A stretch of DNA of 63,766 nucleotides, filler included, from Conidiobolus incongruus B7586 (taxonomy: Eukaryota), in assembly GCA_000697335.1 (NCBI GenBank). It is 15 parts of 15 records of this genome, joined end to end, with 100 filler letters (N's around TTAATTAATTAA, not from the genome) between each part and the next. Parts side by side here need not be neighbours in the genome. Positions count along the whole stretch, not along the records: positions 53,344 to 57,948 come from JNEM01004221.1; positions 58,049 to 60,561 come from JNEM01004222.1; positions 60,662 to 62,435 come from JNEM01004224.1; positions 62,536 to 63,766 come from JNEM01004237.1; 11 more parts are not named here. The stretch is one strand, 5' to 3'. Positions within the stretch are counted from its first letter, which is position 1, and the number at the start of each line of letters is the position of its first letter. The position numbers were made by a program, and so were the translations under genes. Below, piece by piece: positions 56,201-63,766 of this stretch. Below the pieces are notes generated by a model. That model was not told the origin of the DNA. It searched no databases and was given only the letters and a program-made list of their open reading frames with translations.

Positions 56201-58048
56201 ATCTAATTTTCATTCTAATACTTTTAATTGATTGAAATTATATTCTCCTAATTAAGTAGCATTTTTCAATATAATATCCATAATTCAAATCTTTAGTTAA
56301 TGACTCTATATTAATAATAAGTTTAATTATAAAAAATAATTTTTTTTTGATTATATATCAAATTACATCAAATTATATTAAAATAATACATAATTTGATT
56401 GAATTATCAACTCTAAATTTTAAATTTGCTTCAAGGTTAATTTTATTTTGGTTATAATTAACAAAAGTCTTTAATTAATATTATATTCTTAAAATAGTTT
56501 ATAATATCAATATTTAATAAATATCTACTAATAAAATTTGAACTAGTAATATTATATTATAAAATTACTATTGAGAATAATTTTAAGTATAAAAATAATC
56601 AATCAAGTAGAATATATTATTTAATCAATAATTTGTTAAATATAAGTCTAAGTAAATTTATTGATTAATAACTTGAAATGCCAATTGTAATTGATCTAGG
56701 TAGAAAACTAAAAAACATTAAATAACTAAGAAAATATACAAAAATATTAGAGTATTATCTGAATACAGAAATTTTATTTTGAATTAATTTGGAATTTCAA
56801 TAAAAATTTTAGTTTATTAAATTTTTTGCTTTAATAATTGTAATTAACTTTTTAATAAAAAATATTTAATATTAGAAATATTAATATTTTACAATTTTTA
56901 TATGTTTTTACTTTTTAATATCAGCTATTATATAAAATAATTCTTTTAACCTTTTGATTTATTTTTTGAATTTTTTATATATTATAATAATTGTTGATTT
57001 TATTTTAATATAAAAAAGTTTATTCAAGTTCTGTTAATAATTCAGAAAAAAATATTAATATTGAATTTTTAACAATTATTTTGATAAATATTATCTTCTA
57101 TTATTTGATAATTTTTTGTTTTATATTAAATTTATGAATTTGATTTGATATAAAATTATTATGCTTTCATTCAAAATAATAAAATATATTTAGTTTTTTT
57201 ATTAATATTAAAAATAAAAAATTATTTGTTTAAATTAAGATGAAATTAATGAAAAATATACCTTACACTAAATAGTCTTAATTACATCAAATTTTAATAT
57301 AATATTTTTTCCAAAATATTAAATATTAATCATTAATTATTCAAAATTTATATAGAGATTTACTATCCCAAATATTAATATGAGTTTTATCATTTATTAT
57401 TTGAATATGAAAATGTTAATAAAAATAATTGTTTTTTTTCACTTTCAAGTATTTATTTTTTTCAAATTAAATAAATATATTTTTTAAAATTAAATAAACT
57501 AAACACAAAATCTAATTTTTAAATATAAATCAAATTAATGATTAAAATAGATTAATCAGTTATATTGAAAGTAAATTTAATAAATATAATGAGTAATAAT
57601 TAACTCAAATATCATTTTTTTATATTTAATTTAATTAAATTTCATATTTTGATTTGTGGTTCATATTTTATATATTAAATTTTGAAATAATTATAATATA
57701 ATTTATTCTATTGTTTTATTCACTTTTTCTAAAACCAAATCAATATCACAAAATAAATAAATATTGTAACTTATCAATTATAATTTTATTATCAATGGTT
57801 AATAATATATGATTAAATAATTAATATTCTCGAAAAAAATATTGAGTTTTAATAAATAAATTAGAATTCTATAGGTTTATGAATATTTTTATAAATTAAA
57901 AAATTAAATGATTATTTTAAATATGTAATTAATATTTTAAAATTAATANNNNNNNNNNNNNNNNNNNNNNNNNNNNNNNNNNNNNNNNNNNNTTAATTAA
58001 TTAANNNNNNNNNNNNNNNNNNNNNNNNNNNNNNNNNNNNNNNNNNNN

Positions 58049-59507
58049 TTAATATATATTTTTTTATTATAGTATAATATATAAAAATAAATTTACTTTA
58101 TTATTAATTGATATATCAAAACTAATAATATATAAAAAATAATTTATTAATATATTTGTTTTAATATTGATAGAAAAATTAATACTTAATATATCTATTT
58201 TTTGTTTTTTTAACCTCTTTAAGTTCATAAGATATAAAGTCAACTATCTTTTTATATTAAGCAAAATTAATATTATTTTAAGTTTCTTGAATATACTCTT
58301 AAAGTTGAATTAAAGTTTTTATTAGGGGGAAAGCTTTAATTAATTATTTTAATTAATACCAAATATATTTAATTATATTAAGATTAACAAATTAAAGAGG
58401 TTTTTTAATAATAATTATTTTGTTATTATTAAGGTGTTTAATAAAAGAATTTTTAATATAACAAGGTATATTATCTTATTGGAAAATATTATTTATACAT
58501 TTAACCTATATTATTCAATAGTTTTTTTAATTTATTATTTAAAATATTTTAATATAACTTGGTATTAATTTCCTTAAAAACCTTATAAAAATATCCTATA
58601 CCTAAATATAATATATATCCTTAAACTATAATTAACCTATTATTGAATTTTTTGGTTTTAATACCATAATAGTTTTAAAAAAGTTTTTTATCTGTATTAA
58701 AATATTTTATACTTTTATTAGATTTATTAAAATATATTTTTATTTTATTAGATTAAATAAATATATTTTAGTTAATTTCAATTCAACTTTAGTATTGATA
58801 TTTATACTCCTATTTAGCTTTATAATAGGATTTTTTTAATTAAATTTTTTTTCTTAAAGTGTGAGTAATATTTATTTTTATATAGAGCATATATAATAGT
58901 ATTAGTATTAATTAATATTCTTCTATAATCTTATAATTCTTGTTGTATTTTTATAATAATATTATACTAACCTGTATAATTAATTTATAAATATATTTTT
59001 TATCAAATTTATCTATAATTTAATATAATTAACTTTTAAGTTAAGTGTTTTTAAATATTTTTCTAAATAATCTTAATTATATAAATTAGCTAATATTAGT
59101 AATTCTAGCAAACTTTTAATTGATATATTTTTATTATAAAGTTGATTAATATATAAACGAATTTTTTTAGAGAGTGATTTAAGAATTATAATACTAATAT
59201 TAAAATATTAGCTTAATAGTTTTATAAAATATTTAGTATAATAAAATAATAATATATATATATGTTTTATTATTTATATCTTTTTCAATTATAAACCCAT
59301 ATATTTATAACTCATTTTGGTTAAATCTCAGGTTTTAATATATTAACCAATAGTTAATAAAATATAATTAATTATAGTTAGTTATAATTAACTAATATAG
59401 TTAAATTATATATTCTAATTTAATTTCATTTAATTAAGAATTATTTATGTTAAAAGTAAATATATAAATAATTTTGATTTTATAACTTACTTTTATAAGC
59501 TAATATA
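58049..59507 (-). mobile_element. Near full-length dead Tc1-family element, DD34E, long TIRs
   Basis: Reverted motifs in order: IWSDETK, GSIMVWGC, FQQDNxPCH (near 58484-58458), DLNIIEYIW, IVDSMP..L.EV.K..GYTKY*. 34 residues lie between D and E. Confidence 0.88.
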
Positions 59508-59870
59508 TATAAAATATTTTAAAAAACATATATCCAAGTATTTAGAAATTATTTTAATTAAAATAAATTGATTTTATATATATATATATTTTTAATTAAT
59601 TACTACTTAATTAATAAACAATTAAAGTTAATCTTTTATATTTTGGTAAGTTTAAGATAATTTTTTTTAAGCTTAAAATAACTTACATAAATATGAATAA
59701 TTAATTTAGATAATATTTTATTACCAAAAGCTGCTTATAAATTTAAAAATATTTTCTTGAATTTATAGTTAAATTATATTAAAATATAAATAAAAGACTT
59801 TTGATGATTATTATATGATTATAGGAAAATAAAACTAAATAGTTAATTTTAAAAATTCATTTTATATATA
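59508..59870 (-). mobile_element. Mariner 5' part, truncated by the Tc1 insertion
   Basis: Aligns to 63310-63670, e.g. TTACCAAAAGCTGCTTATAAATTT. Confidence 0.7.
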
Positions 59871-59929
59871 TATATAAATTATAATATATATATATATACA
59901 TATTTTAAATTTCTAATTTATCCTATTTA

Positions 59930-60561
59930 ATTTATATTTATTCCTTTTTATTTTCAATGATAGAAATGATTTGCTATTCAAATTAAATAAATATTTTAAT
60001 ATTAAAAATATAAAAATAGTATATTATAGAAATTTAATAGTTAATTTTAAATAAAAAATTGTTTTCTATATTTTTAGCAAATTTTAATATTTAATAGATA
60101 GTTCTTTTTGCTAAGGAATGAAATTTGATATTTCACAAACTAATTAAATTTTTTTATAAAAATTTCCTTTCCTATAAGCTAGATTTTTAATTACCAAAAA
60201 TAATTATAATCATATGGGCTATAATCTAAGCAATATATTAGAAGTAATATTTTTTTCCAAGTATTTTTAATTAAAAAATTCTTTATAACTTTAGATTTAT
60301 ATATATTATAATTATCATGCAAAATAGTAACTTTTCTTAAACTATATTAAAAATATTAATCAGAAATACTTTTATTTAAGATAATAATATAAAATTTATT
60401 ATAAATTCATTTTCTTTCAGAAATTAAATAAAAGTAATATATAACAAAAGAATTTATTATAATGATTAATATTCTTTTATTAATAGAATATTTATTTAAA
60501 AGGATTTATAAAAAGGGTTGATTTAACATAATTTATTATTTTGAGTTTAAATTATAATATA
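59930..60561 (-). mobile_element. Mariner 3' half
   Basis: Minus strand retains LHDN and reads YCLDYSPYDYN. Confidence 0.75.
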
Positions 60562-60699
60562 NNNNNNNNNNNNNNNNNNNNNNNNNNNNNNNNNNNNNNN
60601 NNNNNTTAATTAATTAANNNNNNNNNNNNNNNNNNNNNNNNNNNNNNNNNNNNNNNNNNNNAATATAAATGATTTTTAATTTTATAACTTGTTTTTATT

Positions 60700-61265
60700 T
60701 CCCAAAATATAATTTTAATGGAATATTTAATTTTAATAGTATTTAAATTTTTATCATAATAATATTATATAAAATTCTATTTTACATAATATATATAAAA
60801 ATATATTTTTAAATAGAATATTAATAATTTTTTTAACAATATAAAGATAATAAACACCTACTCTATAATTTTGTTAATTGCTTTTAAGTTATTATATAAT
60901 AAAATATATACCTGGTAATTATATTGCATATATTTTATAAAGATAATTTTTAAATTCAAAGATATTGATAATCTTATTGATATTAATTATAATTATAATA
61001 AACTTTTACCAAGATTAATTTAATAAATTAAATGAAAATATTATTGATAATTAACAACAAAATATAAGTCTTTAATATAAAATTAATTTTTTATTAATTA
61101 AAAAAACATAATTAATATATTATTAAAATAATATTTAAAACTATAATAATCTTAAAATTATAAAATATTTATTAATAATGGTTTATTATTTAGACAAAGG
61201 AAATATTAAATAATTAGAATAATTAAAGATTTGATTTATATAATATAATAATACTTGGTATTTTA
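60700..61265 (+). mobile_element. Degenerate Ty3/Gypsy pol fragment (RNase H end to integrase start)
   Basis: IKYIPGNYIAYIL*R resembles Y.PG..N..AD.LSR; downstream FINNGLLFR. Confidence 0.4.
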
Positions 61266-61675
61266 TATAATAGGTATTAAGAGACTAGTTCTCTAAATTC
61301 TTATATATATTTCTATATAATTCAATTAATTATAAATTATATGATTAATTTATACTTTTATAGCTAAATTAATTATATAAATAGTATTGAATTATCTAAT
61401 AAAAAAGGTTCCTCTTTTTCTCTCAATTCTTATTATTTCTTATTTTTTATACTATTCCTAAAATTGAGACTACATTTTATCAATAGTATAGTATATTAAT
61501 ACTACCCAATATAAATCCTAATATATTAGTGACTCATCCTGGTTCAAAGCTTAATTAAGCTTTGTTTACACTTCCACATTACATCCCATATTATTGCCAC
61601 ATTTTGTGCCACACTACTTTTATATTAAGTCTTCCTTTGCACTATATTGGTTTAACTACCACTACACTTATAATA
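61266..61675 (+). mobile_element. LTR (probably solo) of the 43.9-45.5 kb Gypsy family
   Basis: Inverted ~410-bp match to 43912-44322. TG...CA termini appear as TA...TA. This copy is GC-richer than its partner. Confidence 0.75.
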
Positions 61676-61699
61676 GGAATTTTTTAGAATTGAAAATAA

Positions 61700-62435
61700 A
61701 TAACCATTTTAATAAATATTATATAAAAATTAATTTATAATATAAATTTATTTTATTATTATTAATGATTTTTTGCCATACTTTAGGTAAATTTCTAATA
61801 TCTAAAATATAGTTATTTTTATAAAAAACTAAAATTTAATATTTCACATATTTATTAAATTTTTTGCAAAAATTTTTTTTATAAGCAAGATTTTTAATAA
61901 CCAAAAGCAATTATAGTCCCATAAGTTATAATTAAAAGAATATATTAAATCTAGTAGCTTTTTTTATCTTTTTTATATAAAAAATCTTTTATAGCTTTAT
62001 TTTTATATATTTTATAATTATTATACAAAATAATAAAATTTCTCAAATTTTATTAAGAATAGTAATTAGAAAGAGATTTATTTAAAAAACTAAGATAAAA
62101 GTTATTATTAATTGATTTTCCTTCAAGAATTAAAAAAAATAACATATATTATTCTAATATATTATACTAATTAATATTTATTTATTAATCAAATAATGAT
62201 TGAAAGGGATTTATAAAAAAGGTTAATTTAATTTAATCTATCATTTTGATTTGTAATTTAGTAAAAGATTATATAAGGGGATTTAAAATTGAATCATTGA
62301 AATTATTTACTATAAAAACTTAGGTTTCTAGTAATATTATAATAGGTTTTATTTAATAGTAGCTATTTTAGCTTTTTTCTGAGCTTTAGTTAAATTATAA
62401 GATATTAATTTTATATTTTTGTTTATTAATTTAAA
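61700..62435 (-). mobile_element. Mariner 3' half
   Basis: Minus strand YSFNYNLWDYNCF; aligns to 62650-63300. Confidence 0.75.
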
Positions 62436-62579
62436 NNNNNNNNNNNNNNNNNNNNNNNNNNNNNNNNNNNNNNNNNNNNTTAATTAATTAANNNNNNNNN
62501 NNNNNNNNNNNNNNNNNNNNNNNNNNNNNNNNNNNTTTGATTTTATAACTTACTTTTGTAGGTTAGTGTATATAATATA

Positions 62580-63766
62580 TAAAAATAAATATATAGTATA
62601 AATTTAATAATTTTTTTTATTATTAATAACTTTTTATTATATTTTTTAAAAGATTTAATACTTAAAAAATAATTCTTTTTATTAAAGACTAAAATTTAAT
62701 ATTTTATAAATTAATTAAGTTTTTTTACAAAAATTTTTTTTCTTGTAAGTTGGTTATTTAATTATCTAAAGCAATTATAATTATATAGGTTATAATCTAA
62801 AGAGTATACTAGATATAGTAGTTTTTTCCAGTTATTTTTAATTAAAAAGTTTTTTATAGCTTTAGATTTATATATTTTATAAATATCATATAAAATAATA
62901 AATCTTCTCAAATTATATTGAGAATATAAATTAAAAATACTTTTATTTAAAAAACAATATAAAGTTTACTATTAATTAATTTTCTTTTAAAAACTAAATA
63001 AGAGTAGTATATATTACTATAATCTATTATAATAATTAATATTTGCTTATTAATAAAATGTTTATTTAAAAGGATTTGTAAAGAGGGTTGATTTAGCTTA
63101 ATCTAACATCTTGATTTATGTTTTAATAAAAGATAATAGATAAAGATTAAAGATTCATCAATTATAGTTATTTATTATAAAAGTTTAAACTTCTAGTAAT
63201 ATTTTAGTAAGTTTTGTTTAGCAATAACTACTCTAACTTTTTTTTAAGCTTTAGTTAAATTATAAGGTACCTATTTTAAATTTTTATTTATTAATTTAAG
63301 TTTAAACTTTAATATATATAAAATACTGATAAAACTAATATTAAAGTGCTTAAATAATTCTTTAATTAAAATAAAAAGGTATTTTTTAATATATTTTTTT
63401 ATTATATTAATAATTGAAAAAATAATAGTTAAAGTTAGTTTTTTAAATTTTAGCAAGTTTTGGATAGTTTCTATCTTAGCTTTAAATTAATTTACCCAGT
63501 AATAAATTATTAATTTAGATAACATTTAATTACTAAAAGCTGCTTGTAAATTTTAAATAGTTTCAAAGGGTTTATGGTTAAGTTTTACTAATACTAAAAT
63601 AAAAAACTTTTGATAATTACTATTTAGTTTAAATATAATTAAATTAAACAACCAATTTTAAAAAGTTAATTTTTTAATCAAGAAAATTATTATATATATA
63701 GTTTCCTATTAACTTTGTATATATTTATTCATTTTAAACTAATAATATGTTTGAAAAATTAGAAAT
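62580..63766 (-). mobile_element. Near full-length dead mariner running off the window end
   Basis: *VPYNL at 63273-63256 (WVPHxL) and YSLDYNLYNYNCF; inverted match to 50520-51700. Explains ORF call 63271-63456. Confidence 0.88.

Noticed and set aside
53344..57948. Long AT-rich tract as a centromere or ancient repeat
   Set aside because: No periodicity or motif I could identify; composition alone is insufficient.
14517..62491. TTAATTAATTAA recurring 14 times, superficially like a dispersed repeat or CRISPR array
   Set aside because: Always centred in exactly 44+44 N; a synthetic six-frame-stop scaffold linker.

Overview
Eukaryotic (fungal) genomic scaffold, extremely AT-rich, with short GT-AG introns (48-63 nt) and 14 artificial 100-bp gap spacers (N44-TTAATTAATTAA-N44). 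Gene style and content suggest an early-diverging fungus of the Conidiobolus/Entomophthoromycotina type (inference, not verified). Seven intact protein-coding genes sit as GC-richer islands in AT-rich DNA: a Zn2Cys6 factor, a LEA_2-like membrane protein, tRNA pseudouridine 38/39 synthase (DEG1/PUS3), an orphan two-TM protein with PY motifs, a beta-carbonic anhydrase, an Mcm1/SRF MADS-box factor and a Lag1/Lac1 ceramide synthase. There is also a secreted tyrosinase pseudogene. The right third (about 43.8-63.8 kb) and scattered spots elsewhere are nested dead transposons: about 10 mariner (DD34D) pieces, 3 long-TIR Tc1 (DD34E) copies plus isolated TIR ends, and chromodomain Ty3/Gypsy relics. These are recognisable only after reversing C>T/G>A changes, mostly CpA/TpG>TpA. 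Top findings: (1) RIP-like repeat-restricted hypermutation in an apparently non-Dikarya fungus; (2) a frame-shifting 53-nt intron inside the carbonic anhydrase mitochondrial presequence, a candidate splice switch between mitochondrial and cytosolic enzyme; (3) animal-type mariner and IR/DR Tc1 families in a fungus.
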